Source of the DNA: Fluviicola sp.
GTDB taxonomy: Bacteria > Bacteroidota > Bacteroidia > Flavobacteriales_D > Crocinitomicaceae
Assembly: GCF_031260455.1 (NCBI RefSeq)
Contig: NZ_JAIRJW010000037.1
Length of the DNA stretch: 64,000 nucleotides
Strand: one strand, 5' to 3'
Shown here: positions 48,637-57,968 of the stretch, one piece after another
Layout of the letters: every line of letters starts with the position of its first letter
Numbering within the stretch: position 1 is the first letter of the stretch
Notes under the pieces: model-generated
What the model was told of the DNA's origin: nothing
Databases searched by the model: none
The model's input: the letters and a program-made list of their open reading frames with translations, nothing else
Translations under genes and position numbers: made by a program

Positions 48637-48954
48637 GGCACTAAATTACATAAAATGTCGCGTTCCAGAATTGGGAACCGGAAGGAATTTAACAAATGAG
48701 TTACAATTACAACCAAATTCTGCCATGGCAGGATTACAAGGTTCAGATCTGATTATCACAACAAATTCAGATGCTTTTGCCGTCCACATTTGGTAATTTC
48801 GTATAAAAAAGAAGCTATTGATCTTGTTAAATAAGAATATTTACCTGTTAAATGAAAAGTTAGTGTATTTTTTATAACTATCACTTCAACCCACAACACT
48901 AATGAACGCTTGACATCTGACCCCATGACAAACGGCTACATTTCAGGTTGGACG

Positions 48955-48990
48955 GTAAAAATCTCATGATGAACAAAGCCACCATGAGAT
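48955..48990 (-). terminator. Rho-independent terminator downstream of serS
   Basis: On the minus strand ATCTCATG (48983-48990) and CATGAGAT (48961-48968) form the stem, followed by TTTT. It lies immediately after the serS stop at 48999. Confidence 0.6.
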
Positions 48991-48998
48991 GCTCATAT

Positions 48999-50270
48999 TT
49001 AATCAATTCTAGTGAAACCAGTATACGGATGTAACGCTTCCGGAATTTCGATTCCGTCCAGTGTCTGGTAATTTTCCATAATAGATGCCATAATCCGGGG
49101 CAATGCCAATGCCGAACCGTTCAATGTATGTGCCAGGTAATTTTTCTTATCCGCACCTTTAAAACGCAGTTTCAAACGATTTGCCTGGAATGTATCAAAG
49201 CGGGAACAAGAACTTACCTCCAGCCATTTTTCCTGTGCTGCAGAAAAAACTTCAAAGTCGTAAGTCATAGCAGAAGCGAAACCGGTATCTCCACCACATA
49301 AGCGCAAAATACGGTAATGCAAGCCTAATTTCTCCAGTAATCCTTTCACATGGTTTACCATCTCATTCAACGCCCTTTCTGTATTGCGCGGATGTTCGAT
49401 GCGTACAATTTCTACTTTGTCGAACTGATGCAAGCGGTTTAAACCCCGTACATGTGCTCCGTAACTCCCCGCCTCTCTTCTGAAACACGGTGTATAACCA
49501 GTCATTTTGACAGAGAAATTCTCATCCGAAAGAACCACATCGCGGTAAATATTCGTCAGCGGTACTTCAGCCGTTGGAATCATGTATAAATCATCTACCT
49601 GCATATGATACATCTGGCCTTCCTTATCCGGCAATTGTCCCGTTCCGTAAGCACTTGCTTCATTCACCATGTGAGGAACCACAAATTCTTCATAACCTGC
49701 TTTTTCTGCTTCTTCCAGGAAGAACCGGATCAAAGCACGTTGCAATTTTGCACCTTTCCCTTTGTAAACCGGAAAACCGGCACCTGTGATTTTCACTCCT
49801 AATTCAAAGTCTATCAAATCAAATTTCCTGGCCAATTCCCAGTGCGGAATCGCCTTGTTGTGCAATACTGCCGGTTCACCGACTATTTCAACAATTTCGT
49901 TATCCTCTTCATTTTTCCCGGAAACCACCAAAGCATTCGGAACATTCGGGATCTGGTACAACAACTGTGTGATTTCATTTTCCAGTGAGTCTACCTGCAA
50001 TTTGAGCTGCTGTTCTTCCTGTTTCAGATCAGATGTTTTAACTTTTGCTGCTTCTGCCTCCGAAGTTTTACCACTTTTGAAGAATTCACCAATTTCCTTT
50101 GCAATTTTATTCAACTCGGACGTAATTAATTCCATAGATGTTTTCGCAACACGCCATTGCTGATCTTTAGCAATAATTGCATCAATTGTTTCTGTTACAT
50201 CGATGTTGCGCTTTTTCAGTGCAGTGATAATCTCATCACGTTCAGCGCGGATTCTGGTCATTTCTAACAT
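48999..50270 (-). CDS. serS: Seryl-tRNA synthetase
   Basis: 423 aa with an N-terminal coiled-coil arm and class II motifs (..TPCFRREAGSYG.., ..LNGSALALPR..). Confidence 0.95.
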   Translation of the reverse strand: MLEMTRIRAERDEIITALKKRNIDVTETIDAIIAKDQQWRVAKTSMELITSELNKIAKEIGEFFKSGKTSEAEAAKVKTSDLKQEEQQLKLQVDSLENEITQLLYQIPNVPNALVVSGKNEEDNEIVEIVGEPAVLHNKAIPHWELARKFDLIDFELGVKITGAGFPVYKGKGAKLQRALIRFFLEEAEKAGYEEFVVPHMVNEASAYGTGQLPDKEGQMYHMQVDDLYMIPTAEVPLTNIYRDVVLSDENFSVKMTGYTPCFRREAGSYGAHVRGLNRLHQFDKVEIVRIEHPRNTERALNEMVNHVKGLLEKLGLHYRILRLCGGDTGFASAMTYDFEVFSAAQEKWLEVSSCSRFDTFQANRLKLRFKGADKKNYLAHTLNGSALALPRIMASIMENYQTLDGIEIPEALHPYTGFTRID

Positions 50271-50432
50271 AAGTGGATTGAATTATAAAGTCCCGGTAAC
50301 CGGGGTCAAAAAAACGGTAATTTTAAATACATGTCATGTACGAAAATATAGGTAATACCCCTATTTTCAGGCAGATCACAGGATTTCACAGAAATGATAA
50401 TGTAGCTAAATCTGTGCCCTCCTGTACATACA

Positions 50433-50470
50433 GGAAAAGGCGAGTTCCGTAACTGTCGGAACCCGCCTTT
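50433..50470 (-). terminator. Rho-independent terminator downstream of rpmA
   Basis: On the minus strand AAGGCGGGTTCCG...CGGAACTCGCCTT is followed by TTCC. It lies about 25 nt after the rpmA stop. Confidence 0.6.
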
Positions 50471-50493
50471 CTCAGAATGTTATATAAATTCGA

Positions 50494-50763
50494 TTAAGCC
50501 TCCGCAGTTTCAAATGGAACTACCGATACAAACGAACGATTGTCTTTTTTCTTACGGAATTCAACTGTTCCGTCAGTCAATGCATATAATGTATGGTCTT
50601 TTCCAATACCCACATTGTTCCCTGGGTGGTGCGCCGTACCACGTTGGCGAACGATGATGTTCCCAGCGATTGCAGCTTGTCCACCGAAAATTTTCACTCC
50701 AAGACGTTTGCTTTCTGACTCGCGACCGTTTTTGGAACTACCGACTCCTTTTTTGTGTGCCAT
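50494..50763 (-). CDS. rpmA: 50S ribosomal protein L27
   Basis: [24 protein letters not shown].. canonical L27 N-terminus. Confidence 0.95.
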   Translation of the reverse strand: MAHKKGVGSSKNGRESESKRLGVKIFGGQAAIAGNIIVRQRGTAHHPGNNVGIGKDHTLYALTDGTVEFRKKKDNRSFVSVVPFETAEA

Positions 50764-50799
50764 TTCTTTAAAATTTTAATCCGTTATTCAACGGAATAA

Positions 50800-51111
50800 T
50801 TACCCTTTAATATCTGTAATTGTAATTTGTGTAAAAGATTGACGGTGACCGTTTCTTTTCACGTACCCTTTTCTGCGTTTTTTGCGAAACACAATGATTG
50901 TATCACCTTTTATGTGATCATTAACTTGAGCAGTAACTTTAGCTCCTGCTATAGCTGGGGCGCCAATATTTACTTTTCCACCATTGTCTACCAGCAAAAC
51001 ACGGTCAAATTCTACTTTTGATCCTGCTTCAGCATCCAAACGGTGTACAAAGATTTTTTGGTCTTTTTGCACTTTAAATTGCTGCCCTGCTATCTCTACA
51101 ATTGCATACAT
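50800..51111 (-). CDS. rplU: 50S ribosomal protein L21
   Basis: [14 protein letters not shown].. canonical L21 start at the ATG at 51111; the longest ORF runs to 51144. Confidence 0.95.
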   Translation of the reverse strand: MYAIVEIAGQQFKVQKDQKIFVHRLDAEAGSKVEFDRVLLVDNGGKVNIGAPAIAGAKVTAQVNDHIKGDTIIVFRKKRRKGYVKRNGHRQSFTQITITDIKG

Positions 51112-51278
51112 AACAGATATTTTAAAATTTAATTTGGAGGGCAAAGATAGAAAACTTTTTCAACAATTCACTCATTCCGATTATTTTTCTTCGCTGATTT
51201 ACTTTTAATAAAGTGTGTATCTGCTATCCGAATGAACCCAACGAATTTTTATCAGCTCTGCACCCGACCTAAACTCAC

Positions 51279-51310
51279 AAAAAAAGCCTCGCAAAACTTG
51301 CAAGGCTTCC
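51279..51310 (-). terminator. Rho-independent terminator after the small membrane-protein ORF
   Basis: On the minus strand GGAAGCCTTGCAAGTTTTGCGAGGCTT is followed by TTTTTT. Confidence 0.55.
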
Positions 51311-51326
51311 AATATCACTGATCAGA

Positions 51327-51500
51327 TTATTTATTATCTGCTGCTTCGTCTTTCTCAAAAACACGCTTTGGACGCATCTGCTGACCAATTCCCAGAGTAA
51401 TCCAGAAAGGAACAACAAATCCTAAAAGAAATAATAACATCCAAAATGCCATACCTCCAATCAAAAGAAATAATACAATACCGAAAATACTTATACCCAT
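51327..51500 (-). CDS. Small two-TM membrane protein (57 aa), below the ORF-track cutoff
   Basis: Hand translation: MGISIFGIVLFLLIGGMAFWMLLFLLGFVVPFWITLGIGQQMRPKRVFEKDEAADNK*. Two clear hydrophobic helices and a charged tail, followed by a terminator. It replaces the implausible 66-aa ORF at 51355-51555. Confidence 0.5.
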   Translation of the reverse strand: MGISIFGIVLFLLIGGMAFWMLLFLLGFVVPFWITLGIGQQMRPKRVFEKDEAADNK

Positions 51501-51589
51501 GGTGTACTAATTTGTGTTTTGTGATAGTAAAAGTAGTAAAAAAATTAAAAGTCAATCGATTTAACCGGAAATTTTCTGATAAAAATATC

Positions 51590-53362
51590 TCAGGAAGCCA
51601 ACTGACTCAGGAGATTTTCCGCACGCAACAACAGATCTTCCGTTTCAAGGTTCTCGGTTCCGAATCCGTAACGATACTGGTCACAAGTTTCAATAATTTC
51701 TCTTAACCCCTTCGCCAATTCAGGTTTGGTATCAATTAACCGGTCAAAAGCTTTCTCACGGGATTGGAAATTACACTTTTCACATTGCTCAATACGCTGA
51801 ATAATGGCTTTCGGCATTAAAATCGCAAATGACCCCGGATCATCTAGTGCATTGGTTGTATCCCTCCAGTAATCGATTACTTCTTTTACCGGATCTGCTT
51901 TCAGATTGCTCAGGAATACCGGGCCTTTCGGCAATTCGGATTTTACAGCGGCAGAAATGCTTTCAGCCTCGTTCTTTTTGCGTTTTCTGACCATCAAAAA
52001 AACAAACAGCAATCCCAGTAAACTGGTAGGAGTTACAATCCCTACCCAAAGTCGGGTTTTCGAGTCTGATTCTGAAGAAGATTTCCTGGTAGTTGCCTGG
52101 GTATTACTGACATGAACCAGATCCGTATGTGTTCCGGGTTCCGGGTTGGATGCTACAACCGGGCTGAAGCTCTTATCCGGAATTACTTTGACCTTAAACG
52201 AATTTCCTTTGATTGTTTGATACTTTTCCTTTTCCGGATCAAAATAACTGATGGAAGGAGCCTGGAATTCCAGATTTTTTCCGTCCAATACCTGGATGTT
52301 AAAGCGATAAGTGACCGTTCCTTCTGCTCCGCCCTCGGTAAATTCAATTTCTTCTACTCTTTCCGGATCCCCGTATATGGCGCATCCTTCCGGAATAACC
52401 AGTTTCGGAGTATTCGAATTGTGAATATTTCCAACGCCTGAAACGATCAGTTCCAGGGTGAATACGTCTCCTTCTTTGATTTCACCAACAGGATTTTTCT
52501 GCGAAAGCCGGTAATCTCCCACTGCCCCAATAAAATCTTTCGGTGCATTATTCGGCAAAGGTTTCACATTGATCATTAACCCCGCAGAACGGAAACGAAT
52601 GGTTTTTGAAAAAATGGAACCGTGACATCTCACAGCCATTTCAAACGGTTTCACATGGCATTTACCCGTAGCAACCGGAATCAGCAACTGCTTGCCATAT
52701 TCGAATGCAAGCGCATCTTTTCCGTTTATTTTTGTTTGCTCCACCTCTACTTTTCCGTTCGGGAAAACGTGTTCTTCCATGGAAACATCGGCTTTAAAAT
52801 CCGAATAACCTTCCAGGTATTCAATATCCATGTAGGAAAAAACTTTCGCTTTCAGCAAAACCGGCTCTCCTTCATATATACATGTTTTTTTGCATTGGAT
52901 CAATCCGAAAACCGGGTCGTTGGAATTAATCTTGTTGTCTTCGGGAGCAGCTTCAGTGACTTTGACAGTAATTTTATTAGACCTGTAGGTTTTATTGAGG
53001 CAAGTGATGTAAGCATAAAAAGAATAAGTTCCTTCTTTCTTAAACACTCCCGACTGCTGCATGTAATAGTACGTTTTGATCTTCCCGCTCGGGTCCATTT
53101 TTTGTTCCATTCCGTGCATCACCCCAAAATCTACTTCAAATTCAACCGGGAAATCGATTTTCATAGAACCCTCCACGTTGGAAGTAATCGTAAATGTCAG
53201 ATGCTCATCCTGCTCGATTTCCTTTTTATCACAGGTCAATGCTACCACAGCTTTTTGAGCCACTGAGATCTGGCTCACCAAAGTGAACAAAACCAACAGC
53301 AGCTGCCATTGATTACCAGTCTTTACGTGCTTTCTTACCACCTGTTGTACCTTTTGAACCAT
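51590..53362 (-). CDS. batD: BatD-family (oxygen tolerance) protein
   Basis: 590 aa: signal peptide, Ig-like repeats, a single TM near residue 450 and a cytosolic tail. Its position is downstream of batC in a Bat operon. Confidence 0.75.
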   Translation of the reverse strand: MVQKVQQVVRKHVKTGNQWQLLLVLFTLVSQISVAQKAVVALTCDKKEIEQDEHLTFTITSNVEGSMKIDFPVEFEVDFGVMHGMEQKMDPSGKIKTYYYMQQSGVFKKEGTYSFYAYITCLNKTYRSNKITVKVTEAAPEDNKINSNDPVFGLIQCKKTCIYEGEPVLLKAKVFSYMDIEYLEGYSDFKADVSMEEHVFPNGKVEVEQTKINGKDALAFEYGKQLLIPVATGKCHVKPFEMAVRCHGSIFSKTIRFRSAGLMINVKPLPNNAPKDFIGAVGDYRLSQKNPVGEIKEGDVFTLELIVSGVGNIHNSNTPKLVIPEGCAIYGDPERVEEIEFTEGGAEGTVTYRFNIQVLDGKNLEFQAPSISYFDPEKEKYQTIKGNSFKVKVIPDKSFSPVVASNPEPGTHTDLVHVSNTQATTRKSSSESDSKTRLWVGIVTPTSLLGLLFVFLMVRKRKKNEAESISAAVKSELPKGPVFLSNLKADPVKEVIDYWRDTTNALDDPGSFAILMPKAIIQRIEQCEKCNFQSREKAFDRLIDTKPELAKGLREIIETCDQYRYGFGTENLETEDLLLRAENLLSQLAS

Positions 53363-54041
53363 TTATTCGTCTCTTGGTATTTAATTCCTGTTTTGCAAAT
53401 TCATCCAGTTTCCGCTCCGTTTCCTTGTCCTGCAGTTTCTGCTGATCTTTTTTCTGAGACTGGGCATTCTGATTTTGCTTGTTATCTTTCGATTGATTTT
53501 GATCTTTATCTCCTTTTTGCTGCGGATTTTTATTATTATTCTTATTCTGCTGCTGGTTCTGATTATTATTCTTTTGTTCCTTTTCTTTATCCTGCTGGTT
53601 CTGCTCTTGTTTCTTCTGCTGCTCAAGCAAGCGTTTTGCTTCCATCAGGCGTTGTCTGGCCTTTTCATTATCCGGATCCAGCCTCAGCACATCCTTGTAA
53701 GCATCCACCGCACTCTGGTAATCCTGTTGTTTCATGCAGGATTCTCCTAAACTTGTTCGGGCCCGAATCTCTTTTTCTTTTGTTTTTGCATTATTTGCCT
53801 GGCGTTCAAAACTCTCAGCGGCAGTCCTGAAGTCATTTGCACGATATGCAGTCTGACCTATTTCCTGAGACAAATCTACATCATTTGGTGCAGAACTCCC
53901 GGCTCTTTTATAATACTTTAACGCTTCTTTGTACTTCCCTTCTTTGTACAGGCGCCGGGCATGATTCAAATCTTCTTCCCAGTTTTGTCCGAAAACAGCA
54001 AAACCCCAAAAACAGCAAACAATTATCAACAATAATCTCAT
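53313..54041 (-). CDS. batC: BatC-like TPR protein with a Q/N/K-rich low-complexity tail
   Basis: Signal peptide, TPR units (YKEGKYKEALKYYKRA.., QQDYQSAVDAYKDVLRLDPDN), then about 70 aa of Q/N/K repeats. Confidence 0.75.
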   Translation of the reverse strand: MRLLLIIVCCFWGFAVFGQNWEEDLNHARRLYKEGKYKEALKYYKRAGSSAPNDVDLSQEIGQTAYRANDFRTAAESFERQANNAKTKEKEIRARTSLGESCMKQQDYQSAVDAYKDVLRLDPDNEKARQRLMEAKRLLEQQKKQEQNQQDKEKEQKNNNQNQQQNKNNNKNPQQKGDKDQNQSKDNKQNQNAQSQKKDQQKLQDKETERKLDEFAKQELNTKRRINGSKGTTGGKKARKDW

Positions 54042-55165
54042 CGTTTTTCAGGCTTTATCAGGATGGGCAAAAAGAAGTAACAGATCATACAGAACAGTGC
54101 TAAAATTGCAGGAATATAAAAATAGTTTTTATCTACATTAAATTCCACTTTCATCACCTGTTTATTCTTTGTATTCTTATAATTGGCCGCAATGTTATAA
54201 ATATTTGGAAATGCGCTGTTTGAAACTACCAGAATGCTGCCGGAAGCTGCAGCCATCCTTTCCAGAGACTTCTTATCCAGCCTGGAAACGACCGCCTGTC
54301 CGTTTTCCCGTTTGTATCCTTCCGATACGTCGTAGGGATTGTTTGGAATCAATCCTCCTTTTGCAGAACCCAAACCAAGGTACACCAACTCTATGTGTTG
54401 CTTTTTTAATTCGGTCAGTTGCTTTTTCCAGAGGTTTTCATGGTCTTCGCCATCTGTGATTACCAGGACAGCCTTCCCGGATTCCGTGTCCTTGAATTGT
54501 TCCCGGGCCAGCTCCAGCGCTCTTCCAATATTGGTTCCCTGATCTGTAATCATAGACGTTTCAATATCAGGGATAAACAGCTTAGCAGCACCGTAATCCA
54601 TTGTCAGAGGAAGCTGCGTGTAGGCATCATTGGCAAAAACCACTACTGCAATACGCTCTCCCTTTAACTGGTTCATCAACTCCCCGATGGCCTGTTTGGC
54701 GGCAGTCAGCCGACTCACCTGTCCACCTCCCATATCTTTGGTATTCATCGAATTGGAAATATCCAGGCAGATGACCAGGTCCAGCACGCGCTTTGATCCG
54801 TTTACTTTCCGGGATCCTGCAACGGGCTGTGCCATGGCAAGAACGATGAAAAAATAAGTGCTTCGCAACAAAAAGTAATGCAAAAAGGCTTTTACCGGCT
54901 CAAATTTCACCCATAACATCCGGGTAGTGCCGTAACCTGAATATTGCTGGTAAATTTTCGACTTCCAGTTCCACTGAAGCCAGGTCAGCACTCCCAATAT
55001 GGGAATAATGATCCACAACAGGAGCATCTCCGGATGAAGCAACTTCACTCCCCATCTGCCAAACGGAAGCACAACGCAGCAAATCAAGACCAGGAGCCAC
55101 CAGATTCCTTCAGAAATGAGCAAGAGCTTCACCAGATGCTGATATGTGGAGTGTTTTTTAGTCAT
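54038..55165 (-). CDS. batB: BatB-like von Willebrand factor A (VWA) membrane protein
   Basis: MIDAS motif DLVICLDISNSM, N-terminal TM helices and a C-terminal TM. ATG at 55165; the longest ORF runs to 55192. Confidence 0.8.
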   Translation of the reverse strand: MTKKHSTYQHLVKLLLISEGIWWLLVLICCVVLPFGRWGVKLLHPEMLLLWIIIPILGVLTWLQWNWKSKIYQQYSGYGTTRMLWVKFEPVKAFLHYFLLRSTYFFIVLAMAQPVAGSRKVNGSKRVLDLVICLDISNSMNTKDMGGGQVSRLTAAKQAIGELMNQLKGERIAVVVFANDAYTQLPLTMDYGAAKLFIPDIETSMITDQGTNIGRALELAREQFKDTESGKAVLVITDGEDHENLWKKQLTELKKQHIELVYLGLGSAKGGLIPNNPYDVSEGYKRENGQAVVSRLDKKSLERMAAASGSILVVSNSAFPNIYNIAANYKNTKNKQVMKVEFNVDKNYFYIPAILALFCMICYFFLPILIKPEKR

Positions 55166-56183
55166 CCAGTCTGAATTTCCATCGCTGAACACTCCATGCC
55201 GTCAGTGAAAACAGCATGCTCCAGATAAAAAACGGGAACAAAGTCAGCGGTGGTTCTGCCTCCAGGTGCTGATCTTCCATTTTTCGTTTTTCCAGCCGAT
55301 CTATTTCAGCGTAAATTTTTTCCAGCGATTTTTCATCTGTTGCCCGGAAGAATTTTCCTCCTGTCAATTTCGAGATATTTTTCAAAACAGCTTCATCAAT
55401 TTCTACCGGCAGATTCTGGTAAATCACTCCGAAAGGTGTCTGAACCGGAACTGGCGCCATTCCTTTTGCTCCCACTCCAATCGTATAAACTTTGCATTTC
55501 TTCGCTTTGGCCAGACTGGCTGCTTCCATCGGATCCGGTCCTGTATTGCTGCTTCCGTCTGTGAGCAAAATAATCACTTTGGAAGGCAGGCTGTCACTTC
55601 TGAGTCGCGTAACTGCAACCCCTAATCCACTTCCGATCGCAGTTCCAGGCTCCAGGTATCCCGGTTCGATTTCGGAAATCTGTTGCTTCAGCAGTTTGTA
55701 ATCCAGTGTTGCCGGACAAGCTGTATAAGCCTCACCTTCATAAACTACCAACCCTACGCGGTCTCCCTTCCTGGAATCCACAAATTTTCTGGCTACACGC
55801 TTCGCCACTTCCAGACGGTTCGGATCGAAATCCTGCGCCAGCATGGAGCCGGATGCATCAATTGCAAGAATAATATCGATTCCATTTTTATAATCGATTT
55901 TCGGAGGATCAACGGAAGTATTATACGGTTCGGCCAATACCAAAACGAGGCAAGCTATTGAAAATACATAAAAGGTATTGATTCCCCAGCGAACATAACG
56001 CACCCAGCCAATAGAATACGACAACTGTTCCTGCTCAGAATTCGCGTATTTCAACTGACCTGAACGGCTTTTCTGCAAATATTCCCACAGAAACAACAAT
56101 ACCGGAATCACCAGCAAAAGCCAGAGCATTTGTGGTTTGTAGAAATCATATTCCCAAAAGCAAATGTTGAAATAACGACTCAT
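55158..56183 (-). CDS. batA: BatA-like VWA membrane protein
   Basis: MIDAS motif DIILAIDASGSM, with flanking TM helices. Confidence 0.8.
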   Translation of the reverse strand: MSRYFNICFWEYDFYKPQMLWLLLVIPVLLFLWEYLQKSRSGQLKYANSEQEQLSYSIGWVRYVRWGINTFYVFSIACLVLVLAEPYNTSVDPPKIDYKNGIDIILAIDASGSMLAQDFDPNRLEVAKRVARKFVDSRKGDRVGLVVYEGEAYTACPATLDYKLLKQQISEIEPGYLEPGTAIGSGLGVAVTRLRSDSLPSKVIILLTDGSSNTGPDPMEAASLAKAKKCKVYTIGVGAKGMAPVPVQTPFGVIYQNLPVEIDEAVLKNISKLTGGKFFRATDEKSLEKIYAEIDRLEKRKMEDQHLEAEPPLTLFPFFIWSMLFSLTAWSVQRWKFRLDD

Positions 56184-57094
56184 TCCGGTATTTCCAAAGG
56201 ACTTAATTCGGTTACTATTTCTTCCAGCCGGAGCAAACTTGAGCGGATGTGAATATCATCCAACTCGGTTTTGGCAAACTTCACCATATCTGCTTCCCTA
56301 AGTAAGGTTTCGATGCGTTTGACCATAGTAAAATCCAGTTGTTTCAGTTTCAGTAGTGCAATGGTTTCCTGCGTTGTCCGTTCCATCAGGTTCAGTTCAT
56401 AACGGGAACTCAGGTACATTTTCAGAATTGATGAAAATGAGATGTAATGCGCTTTTGTTTTTCCATGTAACCAATCTTCTTTTTTTCGCAGCTGATGAAT
56501 GGTTAACAAGGTTCGTTCCCGCAAGCTCAACTCCTCTGATTTCCGGATTTTACGCCGTTTGTTCCATCGGATTGCAAGAATAACCGCAATAACAGCGATC
56601 GCGATAGCCCACCAATAATCTTTCAGCCACCTCAGGTAATCGCTTGTCGGCTCAATCGGAATTTCATCGATGCCTTCTTTTACTTTTTTCCTCACAAACC
56701 CAACGTCAAGGCTCGGAGCACGAAATGAAAAAGCAGAATCTTCCCAGCTCATCCACAAATCCGGCAGGCGATATTTCGCAGAATCCCAGGCAATGAGTGT
56801 ATAAACACCTTTCCAGTATTTGATTCCTTTCTGTGTATAATTTGTATCCCGGAAGGATACAATTTCCAGTTCAGCTCCCGGTTTCCAGAGTGTTTCTCCT
56901 TTGTGAATTTCTTCACAGCTAAAAACCCCTGTAACCGGATTATAATCAAATTTAGCAGGTTTGTTTTTGACCAGGATAATCAGCTTTGCCTTGTCACCAA
57001 CCCGTACGGAATCTTTTTTCCAGAACACATGCTTTGTCTGAGCACTGACAGCTACCAAACACCAACAGGCAAGTATGGACAGGATCCCTTTCAT
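56180..57094 (-). CDS. Hypothetical membrane protein of the Bat/MoxR operon (DUF4381-like position)
   Basis: Signal peptide and a single central TM (WWAIAIAVIAVILAI). 4-nt overlaps with both neighbours. Confidence 0.6.
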   Translation of the reverse strand: MKGILSILACWCLVAVSAQTKHVFWKKDSVRVGDKAKLIILVKNKPAKFDYNPVTGVFSCEEIHKGETLWKPGAELEIVSFRDTNYTQKGIKYWKGVYTLIAWDSAKYRLPDLWMSWEDSAFSFRAPSLDVGFVRKKVKEGIDEIPIEPTSDYLRWLKDYWWAIAIAVIAVILAIRWNKRRKIRKSEELSLRERTLLTIHQLRKKEDWLHGKTKAHYISFSSILKMYLSSRYELNLMERTTQETIALLKLKQLDFTMVKRIETLLREADMVKFAKTELDDIHIRSSLLRLEEIVTELSPLEIPE

Positions 57095-57960
57095 TTCCGG
57101 CGATTGAACAGTTGAAGCAAGGGTAAGTATACATGATCGCCAACTTCAAAAAAGGCAGCATCTATTCCCAACTGCTGAAAAAAAGTTTCGTTCTTTTCTC
57201 TTTGCTGGTGATATTTTTTTTCATAATCTCTTCTGACTACAGCCGATGAGCTGTCAATCCAGTTAGTCATATTAGTTTCAGCATTCATCCAACGCACAAA
57301 TCCCACATCCGGGAGTTTTGCTTCTCCCGGGTCGCTCACTCCAAGCACAACCAGATCATGTTTTCTTGCGGTATTCGCGAATCCTTCCTTATTCATTTCC
57401 AACTGGGAAAAATCGCTTATCACAAAGCAAATACTTCGCTGTTTGAATATATTTCGTGCATATTTCAGACCTATATCCAGGTTTGTTCCGGCAGATTTCG
57501 GTTTCAGGTTAATCAGCTTGCGAAGTAAAAAATGAGCATGTCCGAAGCCCTTTTTCGGAGGAACGTAATACTCCACTTCATCCGAGATAAAGATTGCTCC
57601 AATCTTATCATTCTTTTTTGCAGCTGAAAAAGCCAGCGTTGCAGCCAGTTCCACAGCCAGTGAAATCTTGGAATCGGATCCCTGTCCGAAATACATGGAA
57701 CCTGAAACATCGATAATGAGCAAAACCGTTAATTCACGCTCTTCTTCAAAGATTTTTACGAAAGGTTCGCGAAAACGTGCCGTCACATTCCAGTCAATTG
57801 TCCGGACATCATCTCCCACCTGGTAAGAGCGTACTTCACTGAATGACATACCACGGCCCTTGAACGCCGACTGGTATTGCCCGGCAAAGACTTGTTCCGT
57901 CATACCACGAGTCTGAAGCTCAATGGTACGAATGCGTTTCAGTAAAGAGTCCTGATCCAT
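57091..57960 (-). CDS. DUF58-family protein (MoxR-associated VWA-like)
   Basis: Characteristic ..YQVGDDVRTIDWNVTAR.. motif immediately downstream of MoxR. Confidence 0.85.
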   Translation of the reverse strand: MDQDSLLKRIRTIELQTRGMTEQVFAGQYQSAFKGRGMSFSEVRSYQVGDDVRTIDWNVTARFREPFVKIFEEERELTVLLIIDVSGSMYFGQGSDSKISLAVELAATLAFSAAKKNDKIGAIFISDEVEYYVPPKKGFGHAHFLLRKLINLKPKSAGTNLDIGLKYARNIFKQRSICFVISDFSQLEMNKEGFANTARKHDLVVLGVSDPGEAKLPDVGFVRWMNAETNMTNWIDSSSAVVRRDYEKKYHQQREKNETFFQQLGIDAAFFEVGDHVYLPLLQLFNRRK

Positions 57961-57968
57961 GGGTATGT

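Noticed and set aside
50287-50316. Hairpin CCCGGTAACCGGGG next to an A7 run just upstream of serS
   Set aside because: On the transcribed (minus) strand the T-run precedes rather than follows the stem, so it is not a terminator. There is no other evidence of function.
51355-51555. 66-aa minus-strand track ORF
   Set aside because: The composition is implausible (Cys/Phe/Tyr-rich, no domains). A 57-aa two-TM ORF in another frame (51327-51500), followed by a terminator, explains the locus better.
53309-53830. 173-aa + strand ORF and other ORFs (53381-53626, 53475-53750) overlapping batC
   Set aside because: These are frame-shadow products of the Q/N/K low-complexity repeat region and are antisense or out of frame to a recognisable TPR protein.
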